Shown piece by piece: positions 48,960-61,343 of a DNA stretch of 64,000 bases; position 1 is the first letter of the stretch; each line of letters opens with the position of its first letter. A model generated the notes under the pieces. It was not told the origin of the DNA and searched no databases. It saw nothing but the letters and a program-made list of their open reading frames with translations. The translations under genes were made by a program, and so were the position numbers. The stretch lies in contig OZ076409.1 of assembly GCA_964187785.1 (NCBI GenBank), positions 42,718,001 through 42,782,000 on the forward strand, in the 5' to 3' direction. The stretch comes from Amphiscolops sp. MND2022. Its lineage: Eukaryota.

Positions 48960-51725
48960 ACTTCAATATTATCACGCAAACAAGAGGTAAGACGCCCATG
49001 GCACAACAAGAGGTACGACAAACCAACGCCATGTTAATCAAACCAACCAGGCAGAATCCAAATCAATCATTTCTAATCACACTAAATACCGTCCAAAAAA
49101 GAAAAAAACAAAAGCCACTTCAACACTGCAAAACGCGGTCGTGAAAGTCGATCCTCGAAAACATGAACATCGAAACTAGGTTGGGCTCTGACAGCCGACG
49201 ACACAGTAGGACGGTGCGTTCCGAAATATAGATTCAAATCGTCCCATCATTCGACTAACTCTGTAATTAACTGCGCTAGCTCCACAGTAGTTTGTCTCAT
49301 CCGCCCGCACGTAGTAGAACAAACAGCACACCATATTGCCAAAATATCGAACAACCAATGTACACCTACCAAACCCACTCCCCCCTCGCCAACATCCTCG
49401 CACTTCAAAAAACCGCAGAAATAGAGCATAAAGAACTCACTCAAGCGAAAAGTTAATATTACAACAATCGAAACAACTCTAACAAAGTATACTTACACGC
49501 CGCAGTTCAGGCAAACTGTCAAAAGGCCGGTCATCAATGACCCCGGTCATTCGAAACTTCAGGAATTCTAGCACACTGTATAGGTCCACACCACTCATTT
49601 GTATAAGAAAGCGGGTTCTGATGACGTTTTGCATCCACCACAAGTCAAAGACCTACATGACCACTGGCACAGTCGGTACAGCCACGCTCGCAATAGCCCG
49701 GCCCTCAGCAGGGTAATTGTCTACGCACACCACGCCCTAATTGGAAATACAGTCCACGCAAGACAACGCAGTTGCGACGATACGGGACAAGCTCGACTGT
49801 TCTCCAGGCCGTACAGCGCCGACAAGCACTGCTTTCAACTCTTTTCCGTCCACAAAATTACTGTCAAATCTCCACTGAAACAACTCCTGAGTGAGTCTCG
49901 CACCAACACGACACCCCCTGTTGGGTTAACTCACTGAGCTGCTCAACCACGTACGCGTACAATCCGTATAACACCAGACTCTGAAACACGAAACATACGG
50001 TGAACTTACAATGATATCGGAACAAATTACCATACGACAGACACAAACCAGGCTCACAATTACTGTACGCAAGCAATGTAACCCCCTTTTATCTCAATTT
50101 GGCAATAGGAACAAAATACTTTCTAGCAATTACTTACTTGGCATTTTGGGTGAGTCAAAGAACGCTCCACGAGATCCAGTTCACTGCGCATGCAAACGGT
50201 GCTCAGCACCTTTCTAATGCCCCACAGTTTGTTGAGACCGCGACCGGCAAAACTGATGTCAACTCTGCCCATGAGACAACGGGCATACCCGTCGATACCG
50301 CGCTTGTGACACCGAAATCCCACAAACAAACCGACCACGCTGGATACCAAGTACGAAGGCTTCAGTGTATTGATCTTCAGTTTTCGCACTAAAACATAAC
50401 ACATAAAACATTAACCGTGTTGCTCCGCAAAGAAAAAATGGTTCTATCTTATTTAGCCCTTAGTGTTTTTGTATCCTGAACTCCTAGTTTTGGAAACGTG
50501 AATTCCTAAGAGTAAGTCACGTTCAAATTACACCTAAAACCCCTCATGAGATTTTATGAGATTCTTACCAGGTTTGCTGTCAGACGTCGATGGCAAAGCG
50601 ATAAGCCCTCCACAAAATGCCACAGAACAACCAAACGATTCAGTGGTCATCAACAATTGGTGCATCGATTAATATTATATGAAATTTGTTTAGCTCTCAT
50701 CACCACCATAACTTTTAACCGTAAAATTAGTCGGATCTAAAAGATGGAAAGGTTAGTATTATGATAACAGGTGCTGCTGGCGCCAGTCAATTGCGAGATC
50801 AAAAACTCAAATTGGAACGTGACTGATGAAACTTAGCACTCAAAACTCTGTGAAAAATGATCAAGATTTTGGTTGGAAAATTGCAACTTCTAGCTAAATT
50901 AGCCGTGTGTAAAAAACCATCATCCCCTTTTTTGAGAAGCACTTGTCCAATGACCCTGACACTTAGCACGCAAATACTAGAGGTGCTAACTCAACTTTTC
51001 ACTCAAACCACCCTACCTCGTATCTCCCCTGGGTTCCGAGCAGTTATCTCTGTTGAAATTTATTATATTTACATTGTGTAAACATACTTTCTAGCCCACC
51101 TAACCAACATGCCAAAACCACCACATAGTTTGTTTACTTATCCAATAACTTCATTTTACGCTTTGAATGTCATTAATTTATACAACATATTCCAACTGAT
51201 ATTTGCCAAATTTACTGTAGAATTGTAAACCACATTTATACCAGTATTAGATAGAGATTTTCTCCACTGAATAGATATAGTCAAGTTGGGTCTTAGGACC
51301 AAGCGACTAATTGATAAACTTCTTAATCTTCACAACTTTTCGCTAGAGTTAGAGCGACTAAGTAGCTACTCTCATAGTTGGAGAGCCGGAGCGCGTGAAG
51401 ATACAGTGAGGGAAGTGTGTGCAGGATCACATCGGATCCAACAAGTGCAAAGAGGGATCGCAAGAGATTCCTACGGGTCACATCGGACCCACCAGCTAAA
51501 AGATACAGTCCTTTAAACACGAAAAACCAGTAATTGCTTAGTGACGGTCCACAGCACTAAGCAACGGATCAGGGCGGCGTAAAGCTTGTCAAGCCTCAGC
51601 GCAGGGCAAGCAGCCGTTACATTTGGTCCGCCGACCCGGACGAGAAGACGAAGACGACTCGTTGGTGGACAACTGAGAAGATTGCCCAAGAAGAACAAGT
51701 GTCTGGATCTTGGAATCTCTGATTT

Positions 51726-51930
51726 TGTGTCTCTGAGAGATTGGGCTGCTCTGTCTCTGGGAGATTGGACTACTGTGTCTCTGGGCGATTGGGCTAATGT
51801 GTCTCTGGGAGATTGGGCTACTGTGTCTCTGGGAGATTGGGCTATTGTGTTTCTGGGAGTTTGGGCTACTGTGTTTCTGGGAGATTGGGCTACTGTGTTT
51901 CTGGGAGATTGGGCTATTGTGACTTTGGGA
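51726..51930. repeat. 24-bp minisatellite, about 8.5 copies, in the BEL leader
   Basis: TGTGTCTCTGGGAGATTGGGCTAC units. Confidence 0.9.
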
Positions 51931-52059
51931 ACTGAGAGAGAACAGATGGCTTAACCAAAGCGGTTTGAAATCAACAAAGTTGAAAACTTTCTGAAGAACT
52001 CTGCAGACAACGCGCAAACGCGGAGTTATAGGAATGCAGCTGTCGAGCACGGAAAGTCG

Positions 52060-55000
52060 GTGAAAGAAATTGATGAAAAACTAGCTAGCAATGATGACAA
52101 CAAACAGATAGCAGAACTACTGTTACGACGAAGAGATGCCATAAACAGGCGAGAACGACTCAATAAACGACGAAAATTCAATAAAACTCAAGTATCAACC
52201 GCAGATACCCGAAATATTCTCAGCAGTGAACAAAGCATTAAAGAGTCGATTTGTTGAGTTGCAGCAACAAAACTCTAGCGTTGGAAAGTTGATAAGAATA
52301 ATGTCAGCATTGCAAGATGAAAATCAGATTTTGAACTATCTGGATCTTGAAGGAAAGAAACGTGCTATTGATGAAAGAATCGTACACAACAAAAAGTTGA
52401 GCGATGAACGAATTGAAAACGGTGAGGACGCCGAAGCAGATTATGCAGCAGCATTTCAAGAATTGCTTCAAAAGAGGTCTGACCTCAAAGTGAAAATTGA
52501 AGCTCTCCTGAAGTCAAGAGAAACTGGGGCCATTTTGCGAAGCCTTGAAGACGCCGAACAAAGACTAGCAGACGTTCGCGCAAGCGTAGCCGCAGACAAA
52601 TCAAGTAAAAATGGCACTTCACCACAAAAGGCGCTGCAACCAGACGATGAGCAAAAAGAACATGATGGTCACAACGCGGATGACAGCCAAGAACCAAAAA
52701 ATGTGCTGGATCATTGCCAATAGTAGAATTAAGCATACATTCGCGAAGTAAAGGACCAAAAGCAACAAAACATCTGTGATTTCAAAAACATCAAGTGCAA
52801 GACGAGTTCTCGAATTAGAGTTAAAAGCTTTGAAAGAGCAAAAAGAACTTCAAACCCGCCTAGAGAAACTGAGACGTCAAGCAAACGAAGTTAAGATAGC
52901 TAGCTTGCAAGATGAGATGGTTGGCTTGCGAAAGGAGATGGCCTGCAAAACCAAAATTGCTGAAAAGGAACTACAAATGGCGCAAGCGTCGAGTAGTGGT
53001 GGGTCTAGTTTCAGACGTATCTCACCAGTCGGGACCCAGATGACAATCTGACGAAAATCTCAGGATGAATGGACAAAGCAGAAGAAACTGAAAACGTGGC
53101 ATCGTCGAATATCGTGCCATTTGTACACCAGCAAACGTCCGTCTCAGCACCAGTGATTACAGTACGGTCAACTCATGGAGGACAATGCTCCTCGCAAGTG
53201 AGGGACTTGAAGCCCTCATTGAAACCGGTCATGTCCACAGAAGCCGCTGTGCGAGATATTGGAGAAGACGGAACAAAGACTGTCATAGGTGCTGGAAGTC
53301 AAAGAGCAACAGCGCAACCAGAATTGAAGTTCGCCTCATCGAAGGCGTCGATGACCCTCAGTACAGACCGGAATCGGTTACCACTTACGTTTGGAGGCAT
53401 CCAGAGTGGTGCATTTCAAGTCCCACAGGTTGCGAACACACAGAAGCAGTATTTGTCAAGTCAAGGGCCAAACATGGCGTCGAACGCGAGAGATCAGATG
53501 AGGCTTGCCAAAACGGAAGTTGGCAGAATTCTCAGGTGACCCATTGGAGTGGCCAGAGTGGTCACAACTATTTCAAGCAACCGTCCACGCAGCAAACATA
53601 GACGACAGTGTAAAGATGAATCACTTGAAAACAATGATAACGGGTAAAGCCAAAGAGGCGATTGCTGGCCTTGGGTACACCGCGGAGATGTACAATGTGG
53701 TGTGGAAGGTGCTAGTTCGAAACTTTGGAAAACTGCAGATGGTTGTGAATGCTCAACTGAACTGAATATACTCTTTTCCCCCAATGAAACCTTATGATGG
53801 AGCCGCATTGATCAAGTTTGCGAGAATAATGTCGAGTTGCGTGAATGTTTTGACACAATTCAACTACGTGGGAGACCTAAATTCAGAAGGAGTTCTGGGC
53901 AGTGCCACAAGGAAGTTAACACTGGACATGAAAACGAAGTGGCTCACTTATGTCAAGCAAATGAACCTGTATCAACCCGGACTCGCTGTGTTCAGTGAAT
54001 GGCTCAATGATATAGCAGATGTACAAGATGAACTGCTTCTACCTTTAAACCCGAATGCTGATCGCGCGAAGTCGAGCTACAAAGAAAAGGCAAAGGGTTC
54101 CACGTTTGCAACTTCCGCCACAAACACTGCCAGTGACAACTCGAAATACCAGCGAGAGTGTGCGCTGAAAGATGGCAAACATCCAATATGGAAATGTGAG
54201 AAGTTCAAGAAGATGAACGTCGAAGAAAGAGGACAACAGGCGAAAGAGTTGAAATTGTGCTTCAAATGTTTGTCAGACGCACATCAGATGAGAAATTGCT
54301 GTAAGACTCTGCGACGTAAATGGTTGCGGAAAACCTCATCACAGATTGCTACACAGACCAAACAAGAACGTGGAAGAAACGAAAAATGTTGAAAGTGTCG
54401 ATGAGGTCTCAAACCTGTCCTCAATGAGAAGCAGTGGAGTGCTTCCAGTATTCCAGTAACGATAGGGAGTGGGAGCAAAACTCTTAAAACGTTCGCTTTG
54501 TGTGACTCTGGAGCAAGTCTGTCCTTTGTAGACGAGAGCCTGATGAAAACGCTAAATCTGACAGGACAGCCAGTGGATTTGAATGTTGCAGGGATTCATG
54601 GTACCTCAGATATTAGTAGCAAACGACTTCGAGTCAGGATTGGAGATCAAGACAGAAAGGTCAATGAAGATAATATGGCTTTTAGTCACCCCAATGTAAA
54701 TGCAGAAAATCGAACGTACAACCTCAAGAAATTGAAAGAAACATATCCTCACCTGTCAGTTTTGAAAGACTCTACCATCAGCTTGTATGAAGTGAAAGTC
54801 ATCTTGGGTCAAGATTGCTACCATTTGCATAGAGCAATCGACTATAGAAAGTGTGGAAACGCAAAGCACTGGGCAGTGCGAACGAAGCTGGGATGGATGC
54901 TCAGTGGGCCATTGCCTCAACATGAGACAGCAAAACTTGCAACTGAAAGCTTAGTTGTAGCTGAAGTGGACCCATTAGCGGATCAAGTGAAGTCTTGGTG

Positions 55001-58000
55001 GAGCATGAAATCGTATGCTTCTAACTGCAGCGTATCCGGAAGGTCCAAGGAGGACAAAAAGGCCCTCGAAATGCTCAAGGCAACCACAAAGTTCGATTGA
55101 GAGAGGTATGAGTTCGGTCTACTTTAGCAAAATTCAAAGCCGCATTTACCAAACAACTATAGCTCAGCAGTAAGTCAATTCAAGTCTCTCGAGCGCCGAT
55201 TGGAAAAGGATGAGAACCTGAAACAACGCTACAAAGAGACAATTGATGTGGACGTGCAAAAAGGATTTGTGAGAATTCTGGATGAAGCAGAGATTAAAAA
55301 CACTAAATCAGACATTCAGTGGTACGTTTCGCATCTCCCTGTGCTGAACCCTAACAAGCCAGACAAAGTGAGACGAGTATGCAACGCTGCCTCAAAGTTC
55401 GGAGGTGTTTCACTCAATGATGACTTGATGGCCGGTCCAGACCTCCTACAATCGCTGATAGGCATTATCTTCAGATTCAGAGAGAAACAAATTGCCTTGA
55501 CAGCAGATGTCGAAGCGATGTTTCTCCAAGTGAAAGTACCCCCTACTGACTGCAAAGTACTGAGATTTTTGTGGAGAGAAAACCACACTGACCCTATTTC
55601 TGTGTATGAAAATGGAAGACACATTTTTGGAGCTAAGAGTTCGCCAACATGTGTCAACTATGCTTTGCAACAAGTCGGACGAGACTGCAGAGATGAAAAC
55701 GGGATGGTTGCAAATTTGATCAACAGAAATTTCTACATGGACGATTTTGTGAAGTCAATTGCTTCAGAGGAACACGCTGTTGACGTGTACAGAAACTTAG
55801 CGGATCGTGGATTTCAACTAACGAAATGGATTTCCAACTCCGAGAAAGTAATGCAAGAAATTTTTTCTGAAGATAGATCAGTCGCGCTCAGTAAAACGTT
55901 AGAAGCTGAACCCTTGGCGCCCTCTATATTAGGACTTCAATGGAACGTGAAGTCAGATAGTCTTGAGATCTGCCGCGGTATGGCAAAAGAGGTGCCTGCC
56001 AAGATCACTCAGAGAAAAGTTCTTTCACAAGTATCCTCGGTGTTTGACCCATTGGGATTGTTTTCCCCTTCACAGTGAGGATGAGATTGTTGCTCAAAGG
56101 AATTTGGAAAAAACATGGACAAGCATGGGACGAAGAGTTATCTCCAGAAGACGAGCTGGCATTCAAGGTTTGGGCATCGGAGCTGAATCATATGAATGAA
56201 ATGGCTAGCAGAAGAAAATATTTGTCGAAAAATGCTGAAGTAATGGAATTGCATATTTCCGTCGATGCATCCCTAGACGCCATGTGCAAAGTTGCTTTGA
56301 GATCAACAAACTGAAGAGCTCGCCTATGTGGTAGGGAAATGCCGCGTAGCGTCAATGAAGCAACAATCAATACCAAGTTTAGAGCTTCAAGCAGCCATGT
56401 ATGGAACCCGATTGACTGGAACAACTGATCGTAGATGAACACGACGTTAGAATTGAAAGAACTTTCTTTTGGACTGATTCGACAACTGTTTTGCAAGGGT
56501 TGCATGGAGCTAATAAGAAACAACCGGTGTTTGTGGCGAACAAAGTCGCAGAGATCCCTGACAGTTCAACCATTGATCAGTGGAGACACGTCGAAGGAAC
56601 CTTAAATCCTGTCGACATTGGAACAAGAGGAAAATCGGTTCTTGAACTAGAAAAGAGTGAATGATTCACAGGGCCGGCATGGCTTCGAGAAAAAGAAGAT
56701 GCTTGGCCACAAACCTCACCACAGTTGTTTCAGCAAAAAACAGAAGACATAGAACAAGTATTTGAAGTCGTGTCAGAAGAAAAGGACATTGATTGGGAGA
56801 AGTTCGGTTCGTTTAGACGAATGACGCGAATCTTCGCCTATTGCCTTCGGTCAAATCAAAAACCAAAGGAAAAGTGGCAATAACAGAAGAATTGCAGCAA
56901 TGGATCCGATTGTTACTGCGGAAGAGCCAGATGGAAAGTTTTGGTTCAGCCTATCAAGCATTGGCCGCAGGTAAACCCATGGCTGCGTCTGATCACTTGA
57001 ACAAACTATCACCATTTATGGACGATCAGAACCTAATGCGATTATAAGGACGTCTACGTCGTGCTGATGCGAGTTATGAAATGAAACATCCAAATTTGCT
57101 ATCTGCGAAGCATCCAATGGTGAGAAAATTGATTGAGGATGCTCACGAAAGTAACTATCACGAAGGAACAGAGTATGTTCGCAGTATTTTGCAGCAAAAG
57201 TACTGGATAATTGGACTCCGAAACGCGCTCAGAAATGTGAAGAAGAAGTGTGTTAAGCGCAGAAAGCAACAAGTTGGAGGAGTTCAATCTTTCATGGCAG
57301 ACCCACCTAAAGAAAGATTGGAAGAAAGAGTATTCCCTTTTGTCAACACTGGAGAGACTACTTTGGACCATTCGAAGTCAGATTCATGAGGAAAACAATG
57401 AAATGATGGTGTTGTCTGTTCACGTGTTTAACAACAAGAGCTGTGCATATTGAAGTCGTGCCCAGCCTGGAAGCCGACGCATGTCTTGCTGCAATTACGA
57501 AATTCATCGCTCGAAGAGGAAAACCGAACATCATTCTAAGTGATAATGGAACAAATTTCGTGGGCGCAGCTAGAGAAATGCGAGAATGGATAGAAGCTTG
57601 GAATCAATCAGATTTTGAGCAGTCTTTGGCTCAAAAGCAAATAAAATGGAAGTTCAACCCCCGAGGTGCGCCGCATTTTGGAGGTGTTTGGGAGCGAATG
57701 GTCAGAAGCTGCAAGAAAGCTATGATGGCAATAGTGGGAAACAGAACACTGACTGATGATGTATTATCCACAACAATGTGTCTAGTGGAGCAGATTTTGA
57801 ATTCCTGACTAGTGTCAGTGATGATCCTGAGGATTTGGAAGATTTGATTCCAAATGACTTCTTGCTAGGACGTGCAAGTCCGGCAACTCCATTCATTCCT
57901 GACGCTCAGCGATATACAGATCTGAGAAGAGTATTCAGAGTATCAAAAGCATACGCAGACATGATCTGGCGCAGATGGAAAAGAAAATACTTGCCGCAAT

Positions 58001-58255
58001 GGAATGAGAGATTTAAATGGAATAAAGAAGAAGTTAGACAACTTGAAGTCAATGATTTGGTTTGAATAGTAGATGAGAATGTGAAAAGAGCACATTACAA
58101 GATGGATAGAGTGTTAGAAGTCTATCATGGAAGCAATGGGCGAGTGAGATCAGCGCTGGTGAAAACTGAAGAAGGAAAACTGAAAAGACCAGTAGTGAAA
58201 CTGGCACCCATGTTCCACGAAAGTGTTTTTCGGGAGAAAAACAGGGCCGGTAATG
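52060..58255 (+). pseudogene. BEL/Pao gag-pol, fragmented
   Basis: Coiled-coil gag, FSGDPLEW region, Cys-His knuckles (CALKDGKHPIWKC, CFKCLSDAHQMRNC), protease CDSGAS, RT FYMDD, integrase SDNGTNFVGA, C-terminal GRVRSALVKT. Confidence 0.93.
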
Positions 58256-61200
58256 TTGGTGCCAGTCAATTGCGAGATCAAAAACTCAATTTGGAACGTG
58301 ACTGATGAAACTTAGCACTCAAAACTCTTTGAAAGTTGATCAAGATTTCGGTTGGAAAATTGCGACTTCTAGCAAAATTAGCCGTGTGTCAAAAAACTCT
58401 ACGCCCCTTTTTGAGAAGCACTTGTCCAATGACCCTGAAACTTAGAACGCATATACTAGAGGTGCTAACTCAACTTTCACTCGAACCACCCTACCTCGTA
58501 TCCCCCCTGGGTTCCGAGCAATTAACGCTCAAAATGACCTAGGTCGGACCCCATGAATTACCCCATTTTGATGTATTAACTATTATGTGAATTTCTCATA
58601 TGACATTGACGGAAATGTAACTCTGTTGAAATTTAATATATTTACATTGTGTAACTTACTTTCCAGCCCACCTAGCCAACATGCCAAAACCACCACAAAG
58701 TTTAATTACTTAGCCAATAACTTCATTTTACGCTTTAAATGTCATTTATTTATACAACATATTTCAAGTGACATTTGCTATATTTACTGTAGAATTGTAA
58801 ACCACATATACACCATTATTAGATAGAGATTTTCTCCACTGAATAGATATAGTCAAGTTGGGTCTTAGGACCAAGAAACTAATTGATAAATTTCTCAATC
58901 TTCAAAACTTTTCGCTAGAGTTAGAGCGACTAAGTAGCTACTCTCATAGTTGGAGAGCCGGAGCGCGTGAAGATACAGTGAGGGAAGTGTGTGCAGGATC
59001 ACATCGGATCCAACAAGTGCAAAGAGGGATCGCAAGAGATTCCTTCAGGTCACATCGGACCCACCAGCTAAAAGATACAGTACAGTCCTTTATACACGAA
59101 AAAGCAGGAATTGTTTAGTGACGGTCCACAGCACTAAGCAACGGATCAGGGCGGCGTAAAGCTTGTCAAGCCTCAGCGCAGGATAAGGGCAAGCAGCCGT
59201 TACAGGTGCGAACGTGCTGAAAATTAGTGACGACCAAAGTAACCAGTTGTCTAATGCACCTTGAAGTGATAATTGCTGGCTTAACCAGTATTACCAAATA
59301 AGTAGACGCACTCAATTTAGCGTTGCTAACGCACTACAGAAGATCACGAAGGTACTATTACCAAATAGAAATTAACCAGTTGACCATTTGCCACCGTGAT
59401 ATTCAGACGTTACTGCTTAAACTTGTCATAAAATTCTTGCCTTGCTTTCAACTTAGTAAAATTTCATTTTTGCATTCGAAACCTAATTCAATTTATATTA
59501 AAACAAATCTCTTCTCCCAAAAAAGTAAATACTTGATCACAAGTTCATAAAGAGAACCGAATCGAACAGACAGAAGCAGATAGATCTTTTGATGATTATT
59601 ATAATATTAATGTCGCTGATCAATAACCAAGGAAGTTATCTTAACGAGAATGATGAAGAAACGATCGATGAGATCTCTGGAGTGAGATCATGAGAGGCTC
59701 CGAATGGAGCAAAGATTTCTAGAGATGAATAGACAGATCGGAGAAATAACCAGCATGGTGAAAGCCCTTACTGAGGAAATGACAAACAGTAGGGAAGAGA
59801 ACGACCAAAACATTCCCTGACTTCAGGACGTTCCGCGTTTTGACACTCACCACCTGGCGTTAGCGATGAAAGGGGTTTTTGAGCAGCGATGATTGATTGC
59901 TGTGCAAAGTTATTACTTCAATGGTTAAACTGAAGGCGCCGAAGACTGTAGATGAACTGCGAAGCTGTAATCAATTGAGACCAATATAATTTTTTCGAAC
60001 ACGTTGGTCAAGCGTAATGAAGTTTGCTGGAGAAAGCGTAAAAAAAGTTTGGTGGAGATCCAGGACATTATTGTTGGAGCCTATTGAAACGCGCTTCAGC
60101 GAAATTGATTTGGACTGCGTTCGGACTCTGTTAAATGAATTGTTGAACAAGGTAAAGAGTTTGGGTTTAAACCAAAGAAATATCGAGATTGCAAAACATT
60201 CGGAGTTTGAGAGTAGCAGTCTGTGAACGAGTCTGGCCTCAGTTCACAGGAAAGCTTAGCCTATAAAAATTGAGAACGTTCGCAGATGTCACGGAGGGGT
60301 ACTTTGTTAGCTCAATTCTAGCCAAGGATAAAAAAGAGACAAAACAAATTAACCACGAGCCAAGTTCCATTCCATTGCCGATTTCAAACATCTGGAGAAG
60401 CTTTTAAACTCATTGAGGTACGCCAGGAACGACTATCTAACGATCCTTTTCCGGCTATTTTGAAAAAGCAGTTATTTCCTTAGTTCAACTGCTAAATTAG
60501 TTTGTTAATGCTGTTAAGTGATTAGTACCTTGTTCATTGCTTACGAACAAACTGTTTGACAAAATTGTAAAAGATTCCAATTTTGTCTGGATAAATCATT
60601 CTAAAACAGCTGTTCATCTACAGGTTCAATTGTTGCAAAACGTTATTGGTGACCGGTCCCAATAATCAATTAATTGAATTCAATTGTTTCACGCAAATAT
60701 TTTCGTTTCACTGTTAAGGACTTTTCCTTCTTTTCATTCAACACATTGACCGATCAATCCACACCGAAACTGGAGGACAAATGGCAGCACCTGAACCCTC
60801 AGCACTATCTATTCATTGAAAGAATATACCTAAAAATAGTAAACTGGAAACCTGTTTTCTTTGTCCTACCCAAGAACAAAAACGGAAACAAAGTCGTGGC
60901 TATCTTGAACACGTTGCTCGCAACCACAATCCCAACGAATCCAGATAATTCGAAACACTAAAACTGGCCATGACTCTGTCACGTCTAACATTAGCTGGAA
61001 CCAAAGCATTCAAACATAACTCAGTCAACGATACACTCAGTAGACGTCTAATATGTTTATTAAATGTCAATATGATCAATTATACGATGAAGAGAGTGCA
61101 CTGCAGCAAAGGCTAAACAAACCATTCAGAACGAGACCATCGACGAACTCAAAAAGTTGACAACCACATGTCAAAAAGCAAGATTTCCAATGAGCACGCG

Positions 61201-61343
61201 AGTCTTTTGAGAGCTATGGCTTTGTATGGAATCGTAATTTCGCCACTGATGAAAAAGTAGCTGGTCACAATACATGTCAGAGGATGTACGCTGTTCATGG
61301 AATTGCCGTTGGAGATCTCGCAACGCTGGGAGGACTATACTAC

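Larger units (their letters stand above)
50775..59204 (+). mobile_element. BEL/Pao LTR retrotransposon, full-length but decayed
   Basis: LTRs 50775-51621 and 58254-59204 (TG...CA); TSD GGTGC at 50770-74 and 59205-09; PBS TGGTCCGCCGACCCGG; purine-rich tract before the 3' LTR. Confidence 0.95.
40055..59845 (+). mobile_element. Gypsy-A LTR retrotransposon (decayed), from PBS to end of 3' LTR; 5' LTR not adjacent
   Basis: PBS-like TGGTGACAGG at 40055; gag-pol remnants; about 4.6 kb of accessory region; 3' LTR from about 50470 to ...TGACA at 59845, interrupted by BEL. Confidence 0.8.

Noticed and set aside
19043-51930. CRISPR-like appearance of the 15-, 22- and 24-bp arrays
   Set aside because: Contiguous tandem units with no unique spacers, no cas genes, and a eukaryotic context.
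59850-61340. Short ORFs (60017-60226, 60674-60961) as genes
   Set aside because: No recognisable motif and no consistent splice chain.
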